The notes beneath the pieces are model-generated. The model saw nothing but the letters and a program-made list of their open reading frames with translations. It made no database searches and was not told the DNA's origin. Shown piece after piece: positions 10,393-21,679 of a DNA stretch of 64,000 nucleotides. Source of the DNA: Tubulanus polymorphus. Taxonomy: Eukaryota > Animalia > Nemertea. The stretch's first letter is position 1; every line of letters begins with the position of its first letter. The translations under genes and the position numbers were made by a program. The stretch is from the NCBI RefSeq assembly GCF_964204645.1, contig NC_134030.1, positions 19,986,210 through 20,050,209 on the forward strand. Reading direction: 5' to 3'.

Positions 10393-10829
10393 ATGGAGAT
10401 GATAAAGTTGATAATATTAATATTATTCCTCATGATATAAATAAAACTAAATTAAAAACATATTTAGAAAAACAAATATTAGAATTTGAAAATGACTTAA
10501 AGAAAAAAAAGAAAAAATATTTAAAATCTAAAATTATATATTATCTTATTATCAGTGGTTCGGTTACAATTAGTTCTGTAATAACATTTCTAGCAATATT
10601 CAGTCCATTAACACCTTTAGCTATATCAATTGGTGTATTAGGATTAAGTTCAAGTGTTTTAACCGGTATAAGTTCAAAATTAAATATAAAAAGTAATAAA
10701 GAAAAAAATAAAACTAATATAAAAGAAATTAATAAATTAAAGAATACACTAGATTATATAATAAGTTTAAATGGTCATATAACAGTTGAAGAACAAGATA
10801 AATTATTAAAAGAATTAATAAATTATTAA
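10393..10829 (+). pseudogene. Polinton two-TM protein (frameshift at start; absent from ORF track)
   Basis: Open frame GDDKVDN...IIYYLIISGSVTISSVITFLAIFSPLTPLAISIGVLGLSSSVLTGIS...ELINY* just out of frame with the TAAATG start. Confidence 0.6.
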
Positions 10830-10845
10830 TTTTTTAATTATATAA

Positions 10846-12160
10846 ATGGCAGATAGTTTTCCAAAAGCTTTCCAATATAATAAATCAATTAAATATAATA
10901 TTCCTGCAATAGATTTTAATAAAGATATTACATATAGAAATGAAGTTTTAAATTCATTAATTGATTTATATATTTATGTTACTGAAAGTAATAATTTTCA
11001 TGTAAAGATGGAAAATATATTCAATGTTTATGAAATTAATTTCAAAAATTTAAATGAGGCAAAACAATGGTTATTAAAATCTAATATGAAGTATTGGCAG
11101 AACCAATTAAATTTTTCTGTTTATTGTGCAACAACAGGATGTGGAATTAGTTGGAATGATCATTTGAATAAACCAAGTTTACCATTGATGTTATCACTTT
11201 TTAGATTTCATACATATTTTCAAATAAAATTAATATTAGATGAATTAGAATGTCCTTTACCAGGTTCAAAATATTTTAAAGAATTGAATAATAATATTAA
11301 TTTGTCTAAGTTTTATAAAATATGTAATGAATTTAATATTAATTCAAATAAAGATTTTAGAGCAAAAATTGGAACAATGGGTGGATTAGGAATATTATAT
11401 ACTAAAGAATTTGGAAAAATAATGACAAATTCAGATATAAGAACACTAAATTGGAATGAATTACCAAAATATTATAATAATATACAACAACAAAACAATA
11501 ATGGTTGGGTTAATTTCATTTTAGAAAATAGTGAAGGTTTTACTAAAGCTGGAATACAAAGAATAAATCAATCTATTAGAACTTATTTTAGATGCGCAAG
11601 TTGAAACAAGATCCCCAATAATTGGAAATGATAACACTTCATTCGATGCGCAGAAACAATTTAAAGTATTATTTGAAGATTCCATTCATAATGATAAAAA
11701 TAGATCGATTCCAGAAAACATTGTAAGATATCAAAATTATTTAGATAAATCACATATTAGATTAAATTATTGTATAGGCCCTAATCTATTTATTATTTCT
11801 AATGATTTAGTATTAAAGATGGGAAATATAATTGGTTACAATAATCCAATTTAAACTGCAACAATAAATAATTCATTTGGATTAAATGATATAAATAAAA
11901 AGATTATTACTGCTCCAAAATTAATGGAAGGTGAAAAAAATAAAAAACACATTCAATCAACAGAAACTAAAACTAAAAATATTAAATTAAATAATGATTC
12001 TAAAATAAAAGATTACAATACATCAGAACATATAAAAACTGATAATATTCAACATGATATAATTAAAACTAATGATGATAATAAATCCCATGAAAATACT
12101 AAATTAGCTTTAACTTGTATAGGAATTGTAATCGGAGGAATATTATATTTTAAATTTTAA
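10846..12160 (+). pseudogene. Polinton conserved hypothetical protein with C-terminal TM, frameshifted
   Basis: ORFs 10846-11604 (WQNQLNFSVYCATTGCGIS, FRFHTYFQ..IL.EL.CPLPG) and 11924-12160 (LALTCIGIVIGGILYFKF) are linked by an open intervening frame. Confidence 0.6.
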
Positions 12161-12176
12161 TTTTTTTATTATGTAA

Positions 12177-13798
12177 ATGGCAGAAGGTGGAGAAGATATT
12201 CCATTGGGTCCTTTAGATGAAGCTGGTATAAGTGATGAACAACCACCTGATTTTGATGAAACAAGTCTTAATGACGGTAATGATAATAAAATAGAATATA
12301 ATACTAATTTAGGTGAAGATGATGATTATGATGATGATGATTCCGAATTACGTGAAAAATTAATTAGATATTTAAAAGCTCCTGAAAGTGGTTGAATTTC
12401 AACTAGAAGAGAAAGAAAAGAATTTATGAATCTATTAGAAAAACAACAAGAAAAATATCCTGATAAACCTATGGATTTATATAAAATGAAATCTAGAGTA
12501 ACAGATACAATTGTTAACGAATTATTACCAAAGTTGTAATACATGAAATTGATTCAGAAGGTGTTGTAGAACAAATTTTAAAAGATGACCCATTTTTCAT
12601 GAATAATTTAGAATTTAAAAATGATTCATGGTATTATAATCTTGAATTAAATAGGAATATTGTAACAATTCAATTATCTAAAATGGGTCAAGAAAATATT
12701 TTTGAACCTAAAATGCGAGCAAGATCAACAATTCAACGTTCAAAAGGTGGCACAGAATTTCTCAGAATTATATGGAATGCACTCGATAGAATAAATAAAG
12801 AAGAACCAATTCCTAATATTGATATAAACAAATATTCACCATTTAAAAATCCAAATCCAAATCCTACTGATGTTGATCCAGAAACATCGAGAAGAGATAT
12901 TCAACAAATTGATAATGATTCAAGTCAATTACAATTAACATTAGAAAAAAAAATTGATAGATTAAGAGATTCAGAAGAAGAGATGAATAGTACTGGAATA
13001 AATCGAATGCAATTTTTACTAGAAAAAGGATTTCTTGATTTAACTGATGAAGAATTAAAAGAATTTCCTGAACAAGCACGTAGAGAAATTAAAGGTATGC
13101 AAGAATCATCTGATGAAATTGCTAATATTAAGATGAGATTTTCTAAAATAACCATGTTAGAAAAAGAATTAACTAATGCAGATGAAGAATTAAAACAATT
13201 AGAATTAAATAGAGATCACCAAGTAATAGAGGAAGCTGATTATGAAAGCAGAAAGTTAGCTTTAGTAAAAGAAATAGATGATTTAGAATATAACAAAGCA
13301 TTACAGGAAAAAGAAAAAGAAACATTATTTAAATCATATGATCTTAATCATATTAAAAAATTAAAAGTTATTTTTAAAGATTTGTTGATAAAACCAGATT
13401 CTAAAATATCATTGAAAGATACAATAAGATTATTATTTAAATTAGAAGGAATAACAATTCTTTCAATTCTAACAGCTGTAACTATGTTATTTACAACAAT
13501 TGGTTTAGCAATATCAAATGCTTTGAAATCTACTCCTACTCCAAATAAACCAGATAAACCCCCAGGTAATAATTCTATACAAGATAAAGTTAAAGATGGT
13601 TTAAAAAAATTAGCAAAATATTTATGGGAACTATCTAAAAAATCTGCTGCAGCATTGCCAGGAGTTATTGCATCAATTGTTGGTTTTATATTGAAATCTG
13701 CAGGAAACATTATTAACTTTGCTGCTGAACATATTATTTCATTTTTAATTACAGTTGTAAGTGCAACTATTATTATTTGGGTTAGTAAACATGATTAA
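12177..13798 (+). pseudogene. Large coiled-coil protein with C-terminal hydrophobic segments, disrupted
   Basis: Acidic N-terminus (12177-12395), internal stops, coiled coil, and TM-like GITILSILTAVTMLFTTIGLAIS, ALPGVIASIVGFIL and IISFLITVVSATIIIWV. Confidence 0.65.
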
Positions 13799-13828
13799 AA
13801 ATAAATAATTAATTTTTTTGTTAAATAA

Positions 13829-15048
13829 ATGAGTGGGAGTTACATCGATCCTTCTAAGAATCGTAGAATATCTAATGCTATTAAAGCAGAAAGATCACAT
13901 CATATAATTACTCATAACCCTCCTAACATTAATCCTGATGAAACTTTATATTTTAGAATTCCTCGATTAACACAAAATACTTTTTATGTTCCAAATAGTA
14001 TTTATTTATCAGCCGATATAAAAGTAATCGGTAATAATAATAATTATGTTGTTGATAATGTTGGAAGATATTTGATTAAAAAATTAACTATAAAGATTGG
14101 CCCAGAAACAGTTTTCTCATTAGATGATTATAATTTATTTATGCATTATAAAGATTTATGGTTAACTAAAGAAAATAGAAATAATATGATATTTCAAGGA
14201 ATCCAATCGGAAAACCAAAATAAATTAAGATCAGAAGCGCATAATGCAATATTAACTAATTCTATAGATAAATTGATAAAAAGTTTATATGGAAGCAAAT
14301 ATAAAATTCCATTAGACTTTGAATTGATAAATAATAATGCGCCTTTATATAAATACGCAATTCAGGAAGACGTTATATTCGAAATAACATTTGCTCCTGT
14401 TAATGAAATTGTAATATCTAGCGTTAATAAAGATATGAGTTATAACTTATCGAATATATGTTTAGAATATGATACAGTAACTGATGAAAATATTTCAAGT
14501 ATAATTCAAACTAAATACAATCAAGGATTTTCATTATTATATGATTATATTGATAAATTTAAAACTATAACTATTAATGCAAATGATGAAATTATTAATG
14601 AGAATATTAACTTCCCATGAAGATCTATTAAAGGTATATTAATATTTTTTACCATTGCAACATATACTAATGGTGCAATAAATGTTGATAATTATTATAA
14701 TCCTGAAATAACAAAAGTAGAAATAACTATCGAAGGAATAGCAAATAAAATATTTTGTCAAGGAATGAGAATGATTGATTAATTGAAAAAGTAAAATCAT
14801 CTGAAAATTGTTGTATTAATCAAATTGATTATTTTACCGGTAATAAATATGCATTATGGTTAGATTTTAGAACAACAGAGGATAATTCATTACATGGTTC
14901 TGGAAAAAAATTACAGAACACAAAAGATGGAATACAATTATTCATGACAAAGAATAAAGGAATCAAAAATTTTAAATTGCACATTTATATTATATCTGAC
15001 GCGCAATTAAATATTGCAAATTCTCAATTAAATAGTGTTATGTATTAA
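13829..15048 (+). pseudogene. Major capsid protein (putative double jelly-roll), in-frame stop at 14618-14620 and a later lesion
   Basis: THNPPNINPDETLYFRIP.L..N...VPNS..LS...NVGR.LIKKLTI...YKDLWLT...QGIQ. Continues as RSIKGILIFF, YNPEITKVEITIEGIAN, KYALWLDFRT..DNSLHGSG and IISDAQLNI. Size and position fit a Polinton MCP; the fold is inferred. Confidence 0.7.
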
Positions 15049-15080
15049 AATTTTAACTTTAATGAATATTTATATAATTA

Positions 15081-15925
15081 ATGGAAGGAGGTAAAGTATA
15101 TAAACATATTCCATACATCGATACACATGAAAATAATGATGGTTTATATTATGTAATACCTTGTAATATAGCTTTGATATTTGATCCTTTTTTCAAAATT
15201 TATAAAACTAAACTAATAGAAATCGATAATAATAAAAGTGAAGTTGTTGATAATTTGTAATAAGTAATGTAATTGATAATAATGTAATACCTTCTACATC
15301 TAATAATGTAATACCTACTACATCTAATAATGTAATACCTTCTACATCTAATAATGTAATACCTTCTACATCTAATAATGAAATAATATTAAATGTTAGT
15401 GAAAATAGAAATTGTTGTGGATATTGTAAAAGTGAATTTTCAAACGCTACATCAAATTGGAATAAACATATGAATACAAGGGTACATATAAATAATGTTA
15501 TAGAACGTGTTGGTTTAAAAGAATTTATAGAACACCCATTTAGATATGTTACAAAGTTTGTTTCAAATCAAAAAGTAAATGGTGAAAAAATATATGAAGA
15601 TTTATTATTAGCAACACCCAATAAAGATGAATTAGATTTAACCGATTCTAATAAAATATTAGAATCAAACACTGTAAATGAAATATTAGGAGCAAACATT
15701 AATAAAGATTCTATGAAACATAAAGTAGAAAATAATGATAAATTTGATTGGATGAATAAGCATAACAATGAAACAACTATCGATGATGCGGTAAAAAGGG
15801 TGAAGAATAAGTATAACAATAATGAAGAATTTGAAGAAGATTCGGTAGAGAAATTGAATAGATTGTTAGGGTCTGATAGTGAAGGTATTAAAATATTAAT
15901 TATATTTAACTCAAATTGTAAATAA
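15081..15925 (+). pseudogene. Disrupted zinc-finger protein gene with internal tandem repeat
   Basis: CGYCKSEFSNATSNWNKHMNTRVH (C2H2-like) upstream of and in frame with ORF 15470. Stops occur upstream. Confidence 0.5.
15277..15380 (+). repeat. 24-bp tandem repeat x4.3 (taataatgtaataccttctacatc; NNVIPSTS)
   Basis: Directly visible units at 15277, 15301, 15325 and 15349. Confidence 0.9.
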
Positions 15926-15946
15926 AAAGGGGGTTTTAAGTATTTA

Positions 15947-16032
15947 AGGTATCTAATAGGGATCTAATAGGGTATCAATTAGGGTATCTAATAGGGCATC
16001 AGGTATTAGGGTATCTAATAGGGAATCTAATA
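15947..16032. repeat. Degenerate 11-12-bp repeat array (ggtatctaatag) in the convergent intergenic region
   Basis: aggtatctaatagggatctaatagggtatcaattagggtatctaatagggcatc...gggtatctaatagggaatctaat. Confidence 0.8.
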
Positions 16033-16049
16033 CATAGATATATAAATAG

Positions 16050-16661
16050 TTATTTTATAAATTTATATTCATAGGGAAATTGTAGTCTCAGTAATAATTT
16101 TGAACCTTTATTATTCTTTAATTTATTCATATATTCATCATGTAATTCAGTAGGTATAATTTGATTTTCTTCCAATGATTGTTGCATAGATTTTCTATCT
16201 TTATTGTAGAATAAAACTAGAAATCTTATATTCTCCCTAAAGTCTTTACCAATTGAATTATATTTTTGATTTAAAACCCATGTTGTTATCCCGAAATGTC
16301 TCCAAGAGAAAGCTAAATAACATAATTCACTTTCTCTAACTTTTGAATCATGTAAATTAGCGCAATCATCTACAATGAATAATGTATTTGATCCTTTATA
16401 AGTATCAATTGCTATTTTTATACAATTATCTAAATTTTCTTTTACTGTTTTAGGATCTAATATAATAAACTTTTTCATCTTAACTATATCTCTATTATAT
16501 GTTTTATTCATTTCATAAGTAGGACAGAATAATATTATATTATCAAAATGATTCTTATAAATAGTTTCTAACAAGTCTAATATGAAATGTGTTTTACCAC
16601 AATTGGTTACCCCAGTAACTAACATATTATGCGGTTCAAATATAACTAAATCTTTATTCAT
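16050..16661 (-). CDS. A32-like (FtsK/HerA) genome-packaging ATPase
   Basis: Walker A GVTNCGKT, Walker B LFIVDD, RH motif, LNQKY...RENI. Confidence 0.9.
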   Translation of the reverse strand: MNKDLVIFEPHNMLVTGVTNCGKTHFILDLLETIYKNHFDNIILFCPTYEMNKTYNRDIVKMKKFIILDPKTVKENLDNCIKIAIDTYKGSNTLFIVDDCANLHDSKVRESELCYLAFSWRHFGITTWVLNQKYNSIGKDFRENIRFLVLFYNKDRKSMQQSLEENQIIPTELHDEYMNKLKNNKGSKLLLRLQFPYEYKFIK

Positions 16662-17733
16662 TTATTCTTTTAATTTTACTAGATAAAATCCATTCATTAA
16701 ATTTATCATCGTATCCTTTATATTTCACCAAAGAATACTTTTTTCCTTTAAGAGTTTTTGATTTCAATACTTTTTCTATTTTGTATTCTATTTCATCTGG
16801 ATTTGGTACAAGAGATAATTCTTGTTCAAAGAAATAACCTAATATTTCTTCATCTTTTAGATCTTCTAATTTATAAACAAAAGGTTTAGTTATCTTTTTA
16901 ATCTTGAATATTTCTTCAGTAAAATTTGGGGTATAACCTTTATAAAAGGTTTTTCTATATTTAGGTATTCTTACGTGTTGTCCTATTTTAAATTTAGGTT
17001 CACCGAAACCATGTGTAACAAACGCTCCATATAGATTATTCCATACTATTTCTGAATTATCTTCTTTTCTAGCTTGTATAGGTTTCATATTTATAGAACT
17101 ATGTTTAGAATTATTATAACCTTTCACTAAATCATCTAATACATCGATATATTTATATATATCATTAGCAGTAAAATATTTCCACATTCTAGTTTTCAAT
17201 GTTTTATTAAATCTATCTATAATAGATGCTTTTTTATCTGAATGTGTTGAAAAATAATCTACATCGTTATCAGATAATAGTTTTTTAAAATGTTTGTTAT
17301 AAAATTCCTTACCTTCATCAAATTGTATCTTATCTGGAATAGCTTCTTTAAATATTGTTTTAAAAGCATTTGTTACTTCTATACCTGTTTTATTTTTGAT
17401 TGGAATTGACCATGCGTATCTACTGAATATGTCTATAACATTTGATATCCAGAAATATCCTTTGTTGTATTCTTCTAAGTTCTTCATGTCAATTAAATCT
17501 GCTTGCCATTGTTGATCGATATTTGAAACCATAACTTTTCTTGTTAAATAAGTTTTATCCATTTTCTTGTGTATTTGATATGTTGGTTGATTTTGTAACC
17601 ATAATCTTAATTCACTATATTTTATATTTTCCTTATCAGATTTAATTTTATTCCATAATTCTGAAACGTTAGAATATGATACTTCACTTTCTGGGTTATA
17701 ATATAAATCTCTTAAATATTGTTCTTTTTTCAT
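16654..17733 (-). CDS. Retroviral-like (RVE) integrase with C-terminal chromodomain
   Basis: WQADLID, VIDIFSRYAW, IQFDEGKEF, YNNSKHSSINMKP; chromo-like YKIEKVLK...LVKYKGYDDKFNEWI. The third catalytic residue reads D (IIDRFNKT) instead of the usual E. Confidence 0.93.
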   Translation of the reverse strand: MKKEQYLRDLYYNPESEVSYSNVSELWNKIKSDKENIKYSELRLWLQNQPTYQIHKKMDKTYLTRKVMVSNIDQQWQADLIDMKNLEEYNKGYFWISNVIDIFSRYAWSIPIKNKTGIEVTNAFKTIFKEAIPDKIQFDEGKEFYNKHFKKLLSDNDVDYFSTHSDKKASIIDRFNKTLKTRMWKYFTANDIYKYIDVLDDLVKGYNNSKHSSINMKPIQARKEDNSEIVWNNLYGAFVTHGFGEPKFKIGQHVRIPKYRKTFYKGYTPNFTEEIFKIKKITKPFVYKLEDLKDEEILGYFFEQELSLVPNPDEIEYKIEKVLKSKTLKGKKYSLVKYKGYDDKFNEWILSSKIKRINE

Positions 17734-17808
17734 CTTATTTTAATCCATTAATAATAATTTAGATTTAGTTTCAATGACTTTATTTGACTTATTTTCTGGT
17801 ATAATAGG

Positions 17809-18105
17809 TTAATTGTCATTGGAATCATATTTATCATCAGATTTGAATTTTGATTTATATATTACACCGGATAATATAATAACTGTTACTAATCCAATTG
17901 TAATATATAATTTATAATTACTTCCAGCATTAGAAGAATCAGATGGATTATCATTCGAATCAATATCAGATAAAGTCTGTGATTCATTTATATCAGTTAA
18001 TTTCTTTTTCTTAGCTTTTTTTAATTCTGAAGATCTTTTACCTAATTCTCTTGCCCATTTAATTTGTTTCTCGGATCTAGCCTTTTTCTTAACGCCATCA
18101 CTCAT
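17809..18105 (-). CDS. Small basic protein with C-terminal TM helix
   Basis: Lys/Arg-rich N-terminus; LYITIGLVTVIILSGVIY. Confidence 0.6.
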   Translation of the reverse strand: MSDGVKKKARSEKQIKWARELGKRSSELKKAKKKKLTDINESQTLSDIDSNDNPSDSSNAGSNYKLYITIGLVTVIILSGVIYKSKFKSDDKYDSNDN

Positions 18106-18727
18106 TTATTTTAGTTAATTTTTGTTCTGATTCATTTTTTGTTTCAACGTTTGGTTGTAGGTTGTTTTTGTTTGGTTGTAGTACATCTGTTTCGTTCTTA
18201 CCTGATTTATATTCCATAGGCTTGATGTTCGAAAATGTTATGACGCCAGTAGAAATTAATGTCATAACCGATCCTAATCGGAATGAAGCATAACCAACCC
18301 ATTTTTGTAATTCAGTCATAACTAAGTAGTCATTTTTCAAATCACTATATAATTTATTTTCATCATAAATTGGTATTAACTGGTTACATAATTTTGAATA
18401 ACATTTGATAATACCATCACTTATGGAGTCGTTTATTCTAGCTAATCTAGCTTCTTCATAAATCTTAAAATATTTTATTACTTTATCTGGTTTCATAGCA
18501 TCTAATTCTTGAAAAGTAATAATTCTATTTAAAAACTCTTTAGATTCTCCACCAGCAATTAATAATTCAAGATGGTGTTTACAATATAAATAGTATTCAT
18601 GATCTATATTGTTATTAACTTGAATATTATTTTCAATTTTGGTTGGAATATCCTTATTATCACTAATACCCAAATCATCTAATGTTGTTTCAATATCAAT
18701 ATTATTCTTACTCGATTTCTTTGACAT
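18098..18727 (-). CDS. Polinton hypothetical protein, 209 aa
   Basis: Intact ORF with TAAATG start, overlapping the next start. Confidence 0.6.
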   Translation of the reverse strand: MSKKSSKNNIDIETTLDDLGISDNKDIPTKIENNIQVNNNIDHEYYLYCKHHLELLIAGGESKEFLNRIITFQELDAMKPDKVIKYFKIYEEARLARINDSISDGIIKCYSKLCNQLIPIYDENKLYSDLKNDYLVMTELQKWVGYASFRLGSVMTLISTGVITFSNIKPMEYKSGKNETDVLQPNKNNLQPNVETKNESEQKLTKINE

Positions 18728-18983
18728 TTATATTAGAGAAATTTAATAAGAAAAATATTATAAGTATTATAAAATGATACTAGTATCTCTTTAGATTAAT
18801 ACTAGATAGTTAAAGTTAAAGAATTCTAGTATTATTATTGTTTTTTTAGTATTTTTTATTTGTGATATAAAGTATTCTCTTTTGAAAAGAATTGTAAAAG
18901 AAAATATTAAAAATTAAAATAGAAATAATGGCTAGTTGAAGTTATTGTTTTTTAAATATATTTTATTTGAGATATATTAATCT

Positions 18984-19769
18984 TTAACCACTCAATAAAG
19001 ATTCAACGTATTGTTCATTATTTGGATTATTGTTCCATAATTCGATGAATTTTTTTACTTTTGTTAACTGTTCTAAATATAACTGTAAATCTAGTTTGTC
19101 ATGTTTAATCATATTTTCCTTCTTTTCAAGAGGTCTCAGGTTTTTCCAATTCCAAATTAACTTTTTATCATATTCATCATTCATGTCAAATTTAGATATT
19201 GGTAACACATGATCAATATGAAAATAATTGCCATAATTATTTATATTCATTTTATCATCGAATTGATATATAATCCATGATTTAAAAAATTTATCTGAGC
19301 AATCCAATAATTGTGCTAGTGTAACTGAGTGGTTTTCTTTACTGAATAATTTTGATACTTTAGATCTTAAACATTTTTTCAATTTGTAATTAAAATCTTT
19401 TTGATATCTTTCTTTCTTATAATTATTTTGATACGCTTTGTAATATTCTCTATTATTATCCCTCCATTCTCTCATATATTCTGTTATATAATCTGAGTGA
19501 TTTTCTCTCCATTGTTTATTTCTAACTTTGAATTTTTCAATATTATCCATATAATATTGTATTGAATAATTTGGATTATTTTCAAGAAATTTGTTATTGT
19601 ATAGTTTAGTACAGCTTTTGCAATATGTTTGTTTGCCATCTTTTTTAGTTTTATTTTTTTGAAATTCTGTTAATGATTTATTCAATTCACACTTATTACA
19701 TTTCTTATGGTATATCTTTATACCACCATTATTGTTTATATTTATAGCTTGTGATTGTTCCGGCTCCAT
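18984..19769 (-). CDS. HNH-type (His-Me) endonuclease with N-terminal Cys4 zinc finger
   Basis: CNKC...KDGKQTYCKSC; HIDHVLPISKFD...WNWKNLRPLEKKENMIK, resembling HNH nucleases of large DNA viruses. Confidence 0.8.
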   Translation of the reverse strand: MEPEQSQAININNNGGIKIYHKKCNKCELNKSLTEFQKNKTKKDGKQTYCKSCTKLYNNKFLENNPNYSIQYYMDNIEKFKVRNKQWRENHSDYITEYMREWRDNNREYYKAYQNNYKKERYQKDFNYKLKKCLRSKVSKLFSKENHSVTLAQLLDCSDKFFKSWIIYQFDDKMNINNYGNYFHIDHVLPISKFDMNDEYDKKLIWNWKNLRPLEKKENMIKHDKLDLQLYLEQLTKVKKFIELWNNNPNNEQYVESLLSG

Positions 19770-20003
19770 TTATAATACATATTTTTATTAAAATTGATTT
19801 CCATATTTGGAGTTATGATATTTTGATTTAAGATGGTGTGATTTATTGCCTCGAGTATAATATTTTCCACAATTACATAAAACGCTTTCATTAGGATTAT
19901 ATTTAGGCGCAACAATTTCATCATCTAAATTACATTGAATTCCAAAATCTTTATAAGAATTATTATTATCTAATTCACATTGAATACCAATATTTGATAA
20001 ATT

Positions 20004-20621
20004 TTAATTATAGATAATTGGTTTATCAACAAAATTTAAATAATATAATTGTCTTTTTTCAATTCTTAAGTTAATCAAATTATTGTAACCTCTAGAAAGT
20101 AGTAAATCATCATTTCTTTCATTGAAAGGAGTTTCAAGAATATTTATAATTTTTTCATCTAAAGTTCCTTTATGATTTAAAACTGTATTAAATATGTTAG
20201 GATTTTTGATTCCATTATCTATCAGTTCACTAATTAAATATGCTTCATTTGATAATATTTGATTGATTATAGAAATATTATCAATTTTATATTGTCTTCC
20301 ATACACTAAATTTGTTGCTGAGATATAATTTTTAATGTTGAATAATGAAAATAAGTTATCATTATTCTTATTTCTAATATGACTTTTAGATTTTAAATGT
20401 TCTTTATAATATCTTTTATCACTGAATGATTGATTACATGTATCACATTTATATGTTTCTTTTTCATTCTTTAATTCATTTAATTTAGTTACTAATATAT
20501 CATCTTCATATTTTAACTTTAATTTATTCTCTAAATGTGTTTTAGTTTTATTGTGTCTTGCTTTTTGGAATTTATCTATATTGATATTACATGTTGGGCA
20601 GTAGTACTTATTTGCTTCCAT
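20004..20621 (-). CDS. Zinc-finger protein (two C2H2/U1-like fingers)
   Basis: YCPTC...HNKTKTH and YKCDTCNQSF...HLKSKSH. Starts immediately inside the right TIR. Confidence 0.75.
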   Translation of the reverse strand: MEANKYYCPTCNINIDKFQKARHNKTKTHLENKLKLKYEDDILVTKLNELKNEKETYKCDTCNQSFSDKRYYKEHLKSKSHIRNKNNDNLFSLFNIKNYISATNLVYGRQYKIDNISIINQILSNEAYLISELIDNGIKNPNIFNTVLNHKGTLDEKIINILETPFNERNDDLLLSRGYNNLINLRIEKRQLYYLNFVDKPIIYN

Positions 20622-20634
20622 TTTAATACTAAAT

Positions 20635-21016
20635 TTTTTATTAAAATTGATTTTAGAAGTTCAATGATTTATATCATGTATTATTTCAGTCACACTTTAC
20701 TAACACTTTTAATGTTAAAAAATCTAACTCACACAAATATGAATATTGAAATAATGTTTAAAATATATACTTTTATATTGAATAATCTGTCAATTTAAAT
20801 GTTATTCATATATATGAATATTTTAAGAGTAATAGGGATAATAGGCTTTCATACCAAAGGTTGAAGGGGCGAGTGAGTAAAAAAATGAAAATAATAATAA
20901 TTTACGGTTGAATTAGGAGTGTGCGCGAATAATTCAACTGTAAATTATTATTATTTTCATTTTTTACGAGCTCGACCCTTCGACCTTTGGTATGAAAGCC
21001 TATTATCCCTATTACT
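20635..21016 (-). repeat. Right terminal inverted repeat; outer 189 nt (20828-21016) self-complementary
   Basis: Reverse complement of the left TIR, with the same internal palindrome. Confidence 0.95.
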
Positions 21017-21679
21017 CACATGGATACGCGACATGGACCTACTGGTGTAACCTCAATTTTCAAGTGTATTAATGGCTTATGCGAGCTTTCAACTTAAACC
21101 TCGTGTTGGGCGGTGATTGATTGGTAGGCCGTCTAGAAGACTGGGAGCCGCATATTTTTTTTGAAAAAAAAATCTCTTTCAAATTCAATTCCGCAAGATC
21201 TAGCGGTTCGAAATCAAATCAATTCGTACGGATATAGTCCATGAAATTTTGGTCATCTTGAATTGATGCAAAGCATTGAATAATGATTTTTAGGCTAATC
21301 GTGAATATTCAATTATTCTATAACTAAAATTACGTTCGGGTTGAATGTTGTCTGATGAAATATGTAATGTCTAATGTCTAAATTCGTGTGTGAACAAATT
21401 GGAAAAATCAAAATTGAAATTAATTGACCTTAAAATTTTGGTGAGATACATGGAATCTAGAAATTATTGCTAATTGGAAAACAGATCTGTAAGCAAAAAA
21501 TCCAAACATTTCAAATCTAGAATCGGTTTCAAACTAATTGCGGCGGTAACGAAAAATCAACTCAAAAGAAGTCACAGCGAATTCTCTGATTGGACGAGCT
21601 GTAATTTGTGCTCGGTTGTTATTCGAAGAACTAAAGTTTGAATGATTCGGTTCATTCTGTCGTGTTGATGCAGTTCGGT

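Larger units (their letters stand above)
3784..21016. mobile_element. Polinton/Maverick (endogenous polintovirus/adintovirus-like), full length 17,233 bp, decayed
   Basis: Termini AGTAAT...ATTACT, TSD CACATG at 3778-3783 and 21017-21022, TIRs, and pPolB, integrase, ATPase and capsid genes. The empty site is visible in unit B (gagacacacggatacgcg, ~34004-34021). Strongly AT-rich relative to flanks. Confidence 0.97.

Noticed and set aside
15277-16032. Short repeat arrays as possible CRISPR
   Set aside because: The units are contiguous with no unique spacers, there are no cas genes, and the context is eukaryotic.
3784-21016. Polinton as an active element or contaminating virus contig
   Set aside because: A perfect TSD and homologous empty sites show genuine integration. 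Multiple stops and frameshifts in pPolB and capsid genes show it is not autonomous.
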